DNA from: an uncultured Acidobacteriota bacterium
GTDB taxonomy: Bacteria > Acidobacteriota > Terriglobia > UBA7540
Reading direction: 5' to 3'
DNA: 64,000 bases
Assembly (NCBI GenBank): GCA_963804995.1
Contig: CAWDSK010000005.1
Coordinates: 832,001 to 896,000, forward strand
Positions 52,534 through 61,427 of the stretch are shown here, piece by piece (the first letter of the stretch is position 1; each line of letters opens with the position of its first letter). The notes under the pieces are model-generated. The model was not told where the DNA came from. It did no database searches and saw only the letters and a list, made by a program, of their open reading frames with translations. The translations under genes were made by a program, and so were the position numbers.

Positions 52534-53079
52534 ATGACTGAATTCACCAACGTTCCCCAGGACGGGGATGGCACCGGAGCGTCCTCGAAGCATGAGACCG
52601 GGCAAGCGACGCTCGCGGCCATCAGCGAAGTCTCGATAGCGGCCACGGATGCTGTGGACCAGATTGCGGCCGCACCCCGAAAGACTAGCTGGCTGCCCAT
52701 CGCTGGTTTCCTGCTCTTTGCTTATGTTGCCAGCAGCTTCTCTGTAATCTACACACTGAAATCAGAACCATGGGTGCAAGCTTTCCTAACGCCGATAATC
52801 CCGGCGCTCATCGCCGCGTTGGTGTTCTGGCGGTGCCAGGTGTGGAAGTTCCGCTCGCGCGAGTGGAGAGGCAAGGAGAAAGCGCGGCATGACGCCCTGA
52901 ACTCACTCGCCCACGAAGCGGCAAACGGCGTCAACGCCATCCGCGCGAATTTGGCCGGTCTCAGTGAGGCGACTTCTGAGACTACCGCCGAGGACCACCG
53001 GAAACAGGTGGATCGAGCCCTCGCCCGTATCGACGCAGCCCTCGAAAGGGCAGTTCGAGAAACGCAGCCAACCAAATAG
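52534..53079 (+). CDS. Two-TM membrane protein with an H-box-like helix
   Basis: Two hydrophobic segments followed by SLAHEAANGVNAIRANL; co-oriented 46 bp after the radical SAM gene. Confidence 0.65.
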   Translation: MTEFTNVPQDGDGTGASSKHETGQATLAAISEVSIAATDAVDQIAAAPRKTSWLPIAGFLLFAYVASSFSVIYTLKSEPWVQAFLTPIIPALIAALVFWRCQVWKFRSREWRGKEKARHDALNSLAHEAANGVNAIRANLAGLSEATSETTAEDHRKQVDRALARIDAALERAVRETQPTK

Positions 53080-53245
53080 AGAGCGCCGAAGCCAGGCGTG
53101 GAACTACGCACTCCATACCTTATGTGGGTACTCGAAACCCGCGACTCTTGGTATCATAGGGGAGGAGCGGCCGTGGAGTTAAGGTATCGGTCCGCCCTTA
53201 GGTTCGGAAGGCCTGCGGTCCTGACCGCCCAATCCATCTCAAAAT

Positions 53246-53689
53246 ATGCCCAAGCGCAAAACCACTTCAGTCCCTGTCCTCAATCCTCAATACTGCTGCT
53301 ACCGCCTGCGAGTGGCACAGTCTAAGATTCATCGCTGGGGTGTTTACGCTGCGGAGGACATCCCTGCTAACCGCAAGGTAATCGAGTACACGGGTGAAAA
53401 AATCCCTCCCCGCAAGGCCGAGCGGCGGGCGAGTACGCCTTACCTTTTTGTACTCAACAAGTACTGGACGCTCGACGGCGGGGTGGGAGGCTCCGGCGCA
53501 GAGTTGATCAACCATTCCTGCGAGCCCAACCTGGTGTCTCGGATCATGAAGGGCCACATCCTTTACATGAGCCTGCGGCCGATCGAAAAAGGGGAGGAAT
53601 TGCTGGTTGATTACAACTACGACGACACCGACGAAACCATGCGTTGCCTCTGCGGACAACGGAATTGCCGCGGGGTCATTAATCGCTAG
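53246..53689 (+). CDS. SET domain protein-lysine methyltransferase
   Basis: SKIHRWGVYA, INHSCEPN, GEELLVDY, post-SET CLCG..NCRG. Confidence 0.93.
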   Translation: MPKRKTTSVPVLNPQYCCYRLRVAQSKIHRWGVYAAEDIPANRKVIEYTGEKIPPRKAERRASTPYLFVLNKYWTLDGGVGGSGAELINHSCEPNLVSRIMKGHILYMSLRPIEKGEELLVDYNYDDTDETMRCLCGQRNCRGVINR

Positions 53690-53700
53690 TGTTGCGTAGC

Positions 53701-53810
53701 GCCTTGGACTGCGGTAGCAGCAGCTACCGCCTTTCTTCCTCCACCCCTTGTGTCTTTGCCGTATGATCCGAAGGCGGAAGGCGGTAGCTGCTGCTACCGC
53801 AGTCCAAGGC
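53701..53810. repeat. Palindromic REP doublet between convergent genes
   Basis: GCCTTGGACTGCGGTAGCAGCAGCTACCGCCTT ... AAGGCGGTAGCTGCTGCTACCGCAGTCCAAGGC; architecture parallels the 37570/41994 elements. Confidence 0.88.
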
Positions 53811-53862
53811 GGGCTTCGCCCGCAATTAGACTCCCTAATCCGTGACCACAACTAAGTTGGGG

Positions 53863-56800
53863 TTATCGCGCATTCGCGCTGATGCGTTTGAAGGTGACGC
53901 GAACGCTCTCACCGTTCGTCCCGGTTGCTTCCCCACCGGCGAGCAAAGACTTGGCATCGATGGCGTTTCCGAGATCCTCATAAAGCTCATCAGAAAGGTA
54001 ATTTGCCGCGCCCATTCGTCCGGCTGCAATCCAGGCCTCGATTGCGGGGTTGAATGCCGCCCCCAGCAGCGCGGCGTGGCCCTCGGGCAGTCCGCTGCTC
54101 CTCGCCAAATCCGCCAGGGAGGTGTCGCTCAAGATACGCTGCATATCCTGGCCTGCTTTCGACGCCGGCGAATTTCCTTTGAGCAGAGCGTCAGCCAGAC
54201 TGGAAATCGTCAGTTGCTCCGCAATCTTCGATTTCACAATCTGCTCGAAGGTTTCGCCCCCCAGGAAACGCTGCAAGGAGTTGATGAGGTCGCGGAATTC
54301 CTTGCGGGCGGCTTCATTCTTCGCGGGGTCGGGATCGAACGTAATGTGCTCAACATCAATCTGGGAGAGAACGTTCTTAAGCGCGGCTGGATCGCCCGCC
54401 GTCCCCGCGGCATTCGCGGCGGCCATCTCCTGATCGCAAGCGCGTCCGGCCTTCCAGAGATCCTGAAGAATCGGGATGGGAGCAGGCTTGGCCAGCTTGC
54501 GCCCAAAAGCTTCCCGAGTGAATTCATGACAATAGTAGAGATTCTGAAAAGGCGGCTGGTCGGCGATCGTTGAAGACTCCATAAAAAGGAAATCATATCC
54601 AAGCTGGGCTTTCGCCCCGATTTCCACGGCTCGCGCCGCCGCCACCTTGCCGATGGGGTAAGGTTGCCAGGAGGGCGCGCTGCCCTCCCTGCGCTCGACC
54701 ATTCCCACAGGGCGATATACCTCTAGCGTCCCGACGTTCGCCCCTTCCAAAAAAGATTCGGGCTGGGTGGGCAGGGACTTCATCTGTTGATAGACAGCGG
54801 CGTCAGCAGGAGTGAGCGGCGTGTACTCGTAACCCCAACCAATCTCATTCACCATATAAAAGGGTTTGCCCTGGTAGCTCTCAGTCTTGATAAGCCCGGA
54901 GTGGTTTTGGGGACTTTGGGGTGAACCCAAGGCGCGCTGGACGTAGCCGATGGGGCCGCCCGTGCGCAGCACCACATCACCATCGGCAAGCTGATACGGC
55001 CGCTTTTGGGGATCATCGGGGTCAGGGAGTAGCGCGATTTCCTGAGGAATGCTCCCATTCGCCGCCGCGACTTCCTTGTAGGTTTTCGTCGTGGTCTTTG
55101 CCTCGCGGAACGTTGCGACACCGAGGGCGATGTCGTCCAGCGTCGTCTTGTAGAGCAGGGGACAAAGCCGCTGCTTGATTTCGTACTGAATGGGCACGCT
55201 CGCGAGGTACGCCTCACCATCTGTCACTCCCACGCGAATCAGCACAACACCTGGCTTGGCTCCGACATTGAATGCTAATTCCAAACCGGTTCCCAGCACC
55301 TGCCAAGGAGAATCGGGTGAGGGGCGTTGATACCACGTCACCTGCGAGGATGCCGGTGGCTTGTCAGCGGAGGTAAGCAGCTTCAGCCGGGCCGAGTCTG
55401 ACGTGTAAAACGTTCCGCCAGGAATCACCTCCTGCCAAACACCTTCCGGGGGCAGGTCGTGCTTGGGCGCACCCAGTGATTCGTTGATGCCTTCGAGGCT
55501 GAGGACCAGCAACTCGCGGCGCTCGGCGGAAAACCGCACGGTTGCTTCCTTCTTGCCGCCCGAAACCGAGGGGATGGAGAGGGCCGTCGCGCCTTCGAAA
55601 GCCCGAAGCGCCGCGGCCATTGGCACACAGGTTTTGGGCCCAGGACACACGGCGATTAGCTTGCCATCGGCCGTGAGCAGAGGACCGCCTGACTCACCGG
55701 GATCGAGCGCCCGCGCCAACCGTACAAGACCGGCGGTGCCAGCGCTGGGGCGGGATTCGAGAGTGACGTCAACCTGCTGAACTTTAGCTTGTTCTTGATC
55801 GGTGCCGAAGGGAAAGCCCAGCAAGGTGGCGGATGATGGCGTTGCCCCCTCGCCCGTGGGCAGGAGTGGCGTGACAGTGCTGGACTCACCAACGATCTTG
55901 AGCCACGCCAGATCATTTGCCCCTTCCGCATGTACATTGATTATTTCCGGGGGATTCGAGCTGCCCGCGGCTGGCTTGGGTTCCATAAGGTCCGCCGGCA
56001 GCTTCCACAATTCCAGAGTGTGCCGGCTGGTGCTTAACGCGTCGGTCAAGTCAAGCTCACCTTTCACCGTCATGACCCGTGTATCGATGGGCCAAGCGGC
56101 GAGCTGGTAGGTTTTGGGATCCAGTTCGTATCCGGAGCGGCTCATCAAGGACAACACCTGGGCGTCGAACTTCCAGGGTTGAACAACTCGTTTGGCGGTC
56201 AGCAGCGTGCCATCGGTGTCAATCAGGAAAGCAGTGCCGGACTGCGCGTAGCGCTGCACATCGTGGGTCCGCGGATTGCGCAAAGAGTAGGCACAGTAAA
56301 TCAGGAACATGCGTCCTGCCGCGGCGGCCGAGAGGGTGCGGGCCGTGCTCAACTTTTCCTGGCGCTGCTTCGCCAACACGCCCGCGGCGAGCGAGAAGGG
56401 TGTCGAAAGGGTGTCGATCAACTTGAGAACCGCGGCCTGGATCATGGGCTCGTCGGTGAAGGCGTGCATGGGGATGGTTTGATCCAGGTTGACGGGCAAC
56501 ACAACCTGCCGCGCCCTCATCACCGCCGCTTCCAGAGTGCTCAACTGGACCAGAATAAAGAGCTGCCCCGTGAGGTGCAAAGTATCCTGACTTACCAGCC
56601 GGCGGATAGGTTCAAGTGAGTCGAACTCCGCGAAAACGAAGGACAGGCGAAGCGGCGTGGGCAAATCCACCGCGGCGCTCTTCGACAACCGAAACTCCGT
56701 GTCGTAGGGTTCAACGTGGACGGGCAGGTCATTGGCGCGCACGTCCTGAAAGTAGATCTTCACGACGGTGGCCGGCCGGTCAACCGGATTCATGCTGACG

Positions 56801-57039
56801 AACAGGTTGAGTGCCAGGTGGTCGAGGTTGATATCCTGATAGGCCACACTGCGCACCACGGTGAGATCGCCTTTCATCTTTTCCGAGGTCTTCTCCGGCA
56901 GGTGATAAACCTTGACTCCCTTCAGGCCGGAAGGTAACTCAGCCTGCTCCTTGTTATCGGGAAGAGGAGCGCGGGAGAATCCCAAAGCACACGTTAGGAC
57001 GAAAGTGATAGCTGCGAACGCGATGGTTTTGCGCGCCAT
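53863..57039 (-). CDS. Large secreted protein: trypsin-like domain plus permuted papain-like (YiiX/NlpC) domain
   Basis: Signal peptide MARKTIAFAAI; SGTAFLI...LLTAKRV, DLAWLK, PGESGGPL; later DGDVVLR...HSGLI...YD...YCHEF. Confidence 0.7.
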   Translation of the reverse strand: MARKTIAFAAITFVLTCALGFSRAPLPDNKEQAELPSGLKGVKVYHLPEKTSEKMKGDLTVVRSVAYQDINLDHLALNLFVSMNPVDRPATVVKIYFQDVRANDLPVHVEPYDTEFRLSKSAAVDLPTPLRLSFVFAEFDSLEPIRRLVSQDTLHLTGQLFILVQLSTLEAAVMRARQVVLPVNLDQTIPMHAFTDEPMIQAAVLKLIDTLSTPFSLAAGVLAKQRQEKLSTARTLSAAAAGRMFLIYCAYSLRNPRTHDVQRYAQSGTAFLIDTDGTLLTAKRVVQPWKFDAQVLSLMSRSGYELDPKTYQLAAWPIDTRVMTVKGELDLTDALSTSRHTLELWKLPADLMEPKPAAGSSNPPEIINVHAEGANDLAWLKIVGESSTVTPLLPTGEGATPSSATLLGFPFGTDQEQAKVQQVDVTLESRPSAGTAGLVRLARALDPGESGGPLLTADGKLIAVCPGPKTCVPMAAALRAFEGATALSIPSVSGGKKEATVRFSAERRELLVLSLEGINESLGAPKHDLPPEGVWQEVIPGGTFYTSDSARLKLLTSADKPPASSQVTWYQRPSPDSPWQVLGTGLELAFNVGAKPGVVLIRVGVTDGEAYLASVPIQYEIKQRLCPLLYKTTLDDIALGVATFREAKTTTKTYKEVAAANGSIPQEIALLPDPDDPQKRPYQLADGDVVLRTGGPIGYVQRALGSPQSPQNHSGLIKTESYQGKPFYMVNEIGWGYEYTPLTPADAAVYQQMKSLPTQPESFLEGANVGTLEVYRPVGMVERREGSAPSWQPYPIGKVAAARAVEIGAKAQLGYDFLFMESSTIADQPPFQNLYYCHEFTREAFGRKLAKPAPIPILQDLWKAGRACDQEMAAANAAGTAGDPAALKNVLSQIDVEHITFDPDPAKNEAARKEFRDLINSLQRFLGGETFEQIVKSKIAEQLTISSLADALLKGNSPASKAGQDMQRILSDTSLADLARSSGLPEGHAALLGAAFNPAIEAWIAAGRMGAANYLSDELYEDLGNAIDAKSLLAGGEATGTNGESVRVTFKRISANAR

Positions 57040-57326
57040 AATCCAGGAGCTCCCTGCGGAACGAAATCCAGATATTCCGTTTCCGCCACAACCAGCAGAT
57101 TGCATATTAACCGGCATGGGTTCTGATTGCGGAGTATAGCAGCTTGCGAACCGGCAGGATAATGCCAACCGAGGCATTGCTGCCTTGCTTCCTAAAAAGG
57201 CTTAGCGCGGCTAAGCGGCATGCGAAAAGTCATAGGAAGAAAACGCATGAGGATGGGAAAAGTAGTGGGACCTCGCTCGCTATGCCGCGCGGAGAGCAAC
57301 AAGTGGGACGTCCCACTTCTTTACAA

Positions 57327-57530
57327 TTAAGATGTGCGTCCCACCATGGCGTACAGCCGAATGCCCCCCAGATTCAGGGTTAACTTCCAACGCTCATCGC
57401 CGGCGGAATGGATGGTGGCGGGGCGAAACAGTTTTTCGTACTTGGCGCCCATCACCGCGGTCGCTGCTGTTTTCATGAAATCTCAACGAGTGGATTGGTT
57501 TGCGAGTTATGGCTCTGAGGTCTGATTCAT
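57327..57530 (-). pseudogene. 5' remnant of a Tat-exported protein
   Basis: Reads MNQTSEP*LANQSTR*DFMKTAATAVMGA...; the second Arg of a TRRDFMK motif is TGA; frame ends after 68 codons. Confidence 0.5.
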
Positions 57531-57648
57531 AGGCGCCACTCCGATATGTTGTCAGCACCACCGATTTATCTTTTCAGTACCACCCCGGCGCTCGGCGCGC
57601 CACCCCTCCTCATCTGAGGAGGGGAGTTTTAGTGCCACTGCCCCGCGC

Positions 57649-58209
57649 TTAATTCCCCAGCTTGACCGGGACGGAGCCATTCTCCGTTGGCGCTTTGCTG
57701 AGGTCCAGGAGGAGCTTAGGTGTGACCTTCTTGTCGTTGCACAGCACCGGGAATTGCAGTGTGGACTGGCGACTACTCGCGCCGGCCACGAGCACAAAAG
57801 CAAGTTTCCGGGATTCCACTTGCATGCTCTTTATCGAAACACCGGAAATCTTGATGGCGTCGCGCTTGAGCCCCTCAAAGCTGAGCCGCGTGGGTCCCGG
57901 ATGGGCGGAAAGATTCAATTGAAGGTTCCAGCGCGTGCCCGACTTGACCCAACGGGTTTGCTGATCGAGGCACCCGCGCAAGAGGAGTTCGTCAGGGTTC
58001 TCGCAGCAACCGACGGGGGGAGGCAAAGGATCGCAGACTTGCGGTGGCCCCGGCGTTTGCGCCTTTGCCCCGCAGGCCAGGACGATTCCTGTCCCCACGG
58101 TTGTGGCCGTGCGCATCAGATTTTCCAGATGGGCCAGGGTGCGCTCCCTGACCGTCCCCGCGCCGGGTTCAGGCGGCGAAAGGCCTTTTCGCGTTCGGTT
58201 CTTTTTCAT
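57649..58209 (-). CDS. Hypothetical lipoprotein-like protein with a VCDPLPPP motif
   Basis: GGAG RBS; IVLAC lipobox-like motif, then PGPPQVCDPLPPPVGCC and a beta-rich domain; downstream of the B12 radical SAM gene. Confidence 0.7.
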   Translation of the reverse strand: MKKNRTRKGLSPPEPGAGTVRERTLAHLENLMRTATTVGTGIVLACGAKAQTPGPPQVCDPLPPPVGCCENPDELLLRGCLDQQTRWVKSGTRWNLQLNLSAHPGPTRLSFEGLKRDAIKISGVSIKSMQVESRKLAFVLVAGASSRQSTLQFPVLCNDKKVTPKLLLDLSKAPTENGSVPVKLGN

Positions 58210-58422
58210 GAAATCTCCATTTCTGTTCTGTTGGCTTAGCTTCACACTGCCGTGCAATACGGTAATGTCTTATTTTTGAGCGAGGACTTTGTGCCATCGT
58301 GCTGTGAAACGCTCCCTGGTCGTCAATTGGTGCCTGGGCGACCCCCTCACCCGTCCCGCCCCGGCTGATGAAAACGCCGGTTGCGGTCCACCCTCTCCCC
58401 CAAGGGGGCGAGGGTTATAGAT

Positions 58423-60045
58423 TCAAATCAACATCCCTTTCACAGGTGAGAAATCCGCGTCAGCCTCACACTGCCCAGCCTCACGAATCGTGTTTTCGAT
58501 TTCTGTTTCGAGTCTGCCGGCCGCCTCGTGGATCAGGCGCTCCGTGGCTCGGAGCCTGGTGGTAAGCTCCGCTGTGAATTCCATATCTTCCTGGCTTGGT
58601 CTGCGCGCTTTCACGAATCCGATGATCTCCCGCACTCCCCGCACGGAATCCAGCGTCAGCTCGCGAGTGAGTTCTTTAGCTTTCACCCGCCAAGCCTCGC
58701 GGAAAACTTGCGGATGAAATCGGGCCGCCACCTCCACAACAAATCGTGTGCCCATCAGAAGATTCGCGGCGGACTCACCGGAGAAGTTGCGCACATAGAA
58801 ACACTGCATGGCCAGCTCAAAGATTCTCTGCACTTCGTCGTCGTGGATTCGATAATTCCAATCGAGGTAGTCTCCCTGGCATCGCCCCTCCGCCTGCATC
58901 ATGGCGAGGAGCGGCGTACCGGCATAGAGCTCGACGCGGCCAAAGTTCTGCGGTACGGCGGCGAATTTCTCCATGAAGGCGAGATTAGTTTCGAGATCCT
59001 GGATTTCGGTCGACGGGTCAAAGATGAGCGTATTGAAGCAGGCGTAAATGCCAAACCGCTCCATGAGTTCGAGGGCAGCACCATTCTGCGCACTCCCCAC
59101 CCGGCGTCCCATGGTCAGCAGACCCTGCTCGGAATTACTTTCGATGCCCACATAAACCCGGATGAGCCCCAGCCGCTCCCGCATTGCAGATATAAGCTCC
59201 GGGTCGAGGTCGTTGGGGCGCGCCTTGACGACCGTGGCAATATTCCGAACCCCGCGCCGCTCCAGCGCGTCGGCCAGGGAGGCAACGCGCTTCAGGGTTT
59301 GGGCGCGATTGGGCAGGAAAAAATTATCGTCATGGAAGATAAAGATATCGATTTTTCTTTGGTGATACAGCGCTGCCATTTCCTCGGCAACGTCCTCCAC
59401 TGGTCGCAGCCGGAAGCGCTTGCCGGGTTGGGTTTGCTCATGCCAGGCGGAGATGCAACAAAAAGCGCAGTTCGCATAGCAACCACGACTGGCTACCAGG
59501 GGAGCCACGCGGTGACCGAGGCATTCGGACGGCGCCCCGCGGCGATCGGGCGGAGGGAGTTTGTGCAGATCGGGAGGAGCGGGCAAGGCCGTCAAGCGGA
59601 TTTCACCGGGCGCGTCGCGGTAAGCCAGGCCGGGGATTTGGGCTACGTCACTTTCCGAGCGGAGAGCCTGCGCGAGCCTCACCAGGGTTTCCTCCGCCTC
59701 GTGCCGGCAGATCGAATCGATCTCCGGAAAATCTCGCAGGATTTCCCGGCACGCAAAGGTTCCGAAATGGCCGCCCGCGGTGATATGCCCCGTATAGTCT
59801 CTTTGCCGAAGCGCGATGCTAAGGGCGAAAAAATCCTTCGCCCGGCGCTGGAAGGAAAGGGAAAGCCCGATGAGCGCCGGCGGTTCACCTGAATCGAGCA
59901 ACCTCGCAAGCACCCGGGGCAGGTCGTGAGGGCCGTCGAAGGGAACTATGGCGGACTCAAATCCGGCGGCTTCAAGGGACGAGGCAAGATATCGCAGACT
60001 GAGGTTTTCTTCGAGTTCAGGGCCAACCAGCGCAACTTGGAACAC
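58423..60045 (-). CDS. B12-binding radical SAM protein (class B methyltransferase-like)
   Basis: EENLSLRYLAS, ITAGGHFGT cobalamin domain, SRGCYANCAFC, FHDDNF, VGIES, YAGTPL. Confidence 0.92.
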   Translation of the reverse strand: MFQVALVGPELEENLSLRYLASSLEAAGFESAIVPFDGPHDLPRVLARLLDSGEPPALIGLSLSFQRRAKDFFALSIALRQRDYTGHITAGGHFGTFACREILRDFPEIDSICRHEAEETLVRLAQALRSESDVAQIPGLAYRDAPGEIRLTALPAPPDLHKLPPPDRRGAPSECLGHRVAPLVASRGCYANCAFCCISAWHEQTQPGKRFRLRPVEDVAEEMAALYHQRKIDIFIFHDDNFFLPNRAQTLKRVASLADALERRGVRNIATVVKARPNDLDPELISAMRERLGLIRVYVGIESNSEQGLLTMGRRVGSAQNGAALELMERFGIYACFNTLIFDPSTEIQDLETNLAFMEKFAAVPQNFGRVELYAGTPLLAMMQAEGRCQGDYLDWNYRIHDDEVQRIFELAMQCFYVRNFSGESAANLLMGTRFVVEVAARFHPQVFREAWRVKAKELTRELTLDSVRGVREIIGFVKARRPSQEDMEFTAELTTRLRATERLIHEAAGRLETEIENTIREAGQCEADADFSPVKGMLI

Positions 60046-60186
60046 TTGTGTTTCCTTCCGTGCACAAGCGAGTGGATTCTATCTTGAAATTCAAGAGAGC
60101 GCAGACCTGTTTTGGAGGTCTGCGGTTCGTCCCCCCATTGTCGATAAAAAGCCGCGGACCTACAGGACAGGTCCGCGCTACCTGCT

Positions 60187-60321
60187 TCAACGATCCTTCT
60201 TCTCCGATTTGTCCTCGCAGCAGAAAATACTCCTGAGAATCATCAAGCCCAGGCTGATGGGGATATAGTAAATCAGGAACATAAGAGCAAAGGCCAATAT
60301 TCCGTTGAGAATCTCAGACAT
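60187..60321 (-). CDS. 44-aa single-TM small protein
   Basis: AAGGAGGT RBS before MSEILNGILAFALMFLIYYIPISLGLMILRSIFCCEDKSEKKDR. Confidence 0.6.
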   Translation of the reverse strand: MSEILNGILAFALMFLIYYIPISLGLMILRSIFCCEDKSEKKDR

Positions 60322-60506
60322 CGTTACCTCCTTGTGCCGCTGCCGTTTGTCCCCTACACGCCAAGTGTGACGACTACTGGCAAATCGCTCGTTGTGTTGA
60401 CTGTGGCCCGAACACACCCAAGCGCTTCCCAGCCAAGGGTATCCCCTGGGTATGTCAGGAACGGTCCAACATTGTCGTAGGAGGAACGGCCAACGGGTTT
60501 CAGGCG

Positions 60507-60539
60507 ATGACCACCCCTGTCATACCCCTTTGCTATCCT
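60507..60539 (+). promoter_or_regulatory. Putative WYL-activator site and -10 element
   Basis: ATGAC-N7-GTCAT palindrome; the right half reads TGTCAT-N10-TA-N3-T. Confidence 0.55.
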
Positions 60540-60583
60540 TCCAACCTGCAACCCACGATCTTTGACAACTGGAGGTGAGAAGT

Positions 60584-61330
60584 ATGGAGAGGCGTGAAGT
60601 TTTGCGGAAGTGCCTCGGCGGTGCAAGCCTGGCACTGGTTGCGCCAAGATTGCTTCCTGCTGTAAACCAAAATCAAACTGTGGAGAGGCCCGCGGATTTC
60701 CAAACGGTAGTCGCTGATGCCCTGTCAAGCTACTACTGGGGTGAGTTCAAGCGCGCCTGTGATCTTTACACGCGGGCGCTGCTGCTTATTCCCCCCAACC
60801 TCGCAATCGCCGATTTGGCTGATATTCATGAACAACGCCTCACGGCATGGGAACTTGTGAAATCGGCGGAGGAGACTCTTCCTGCCCACCAAGCAGGCGT
60901 TCAAGCTGAGCCCCAGGATGCGGAGAAACATTTCTGGCTCGGGTACACTCTCACCCGCCTCGACCGCCATGAGGAAGCACTGCGAGAATACCAAGCGGCC
61001 TTGAAGGGGGGCTATCAAGGCAAATGCTGGAACGAAATCGGCTGGTGCTACTACCGGATGGGAATGCACCGGGAATCGATCAAATGGTTCGAGCGGGCCT
61101 GTGAAGGCGAGGATACTCTTCCCGTGCCTGGCTTATCGCAGCAATGCAACGCAATGGCGAACAAGATTGTGGCTTTTGCCGCGCTGCGGATGACTCGTGA
61201 AGCTCATGACACCGCCAGCAAGTATATTCGCCAATATGGCCGGCTTTCCTGGCCCGAACGCCGTGCGCTCGCCAATCTCAACATCGACGCCGACGCGATG
61301 TACGTCAATCACTGTACCCGCGAGGCCTAA
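60584..61330 (+). CDS. TPR-repeat protein with Tat-like signal
   Basis: MERREVLRK...; TPR patterns HFWLGYTLTRLDRHEEALREYQAAL and WNEIGWCYYRMG...WFERA. Confidence 0.8.
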   Translation: MERREVLRKCLGGASLALVAPRLLPAVNQNQTVERPADFQTVVADALSSYYWGEFKRACDLYTRALLLIPPNLAIADLADIHEQRLTAWELVKSAEETLPAHQAGVQAEPQDAEKHFWLGYTLTRLDRHEEALREYQAALKGGYQGKCWNEIGWCYYRMGMHRESIKWFERACEGEDTLPVPGLSQQCNAMANKIVAFAALRMTREAHDTASKYIRQYGRLSWPERRALANLNIDADAMYVNHCTREA

Positions 61331-61427
61331 CAGAACACCATTACGGTTCGGGGAAAACGAGCGGGTGGTATAATCGCGCCCGCTCGTTTCCCCAAGGTTT
61401 CAGCCCCTGCACGCGGAGGTTCCTACT

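Noticed and set aside
53246..53689. SET protein as a host-targeting effector
   Set aside because: Ordinary bacterial SET/post-SET protein with no secretion signal or secretion genes nearby.
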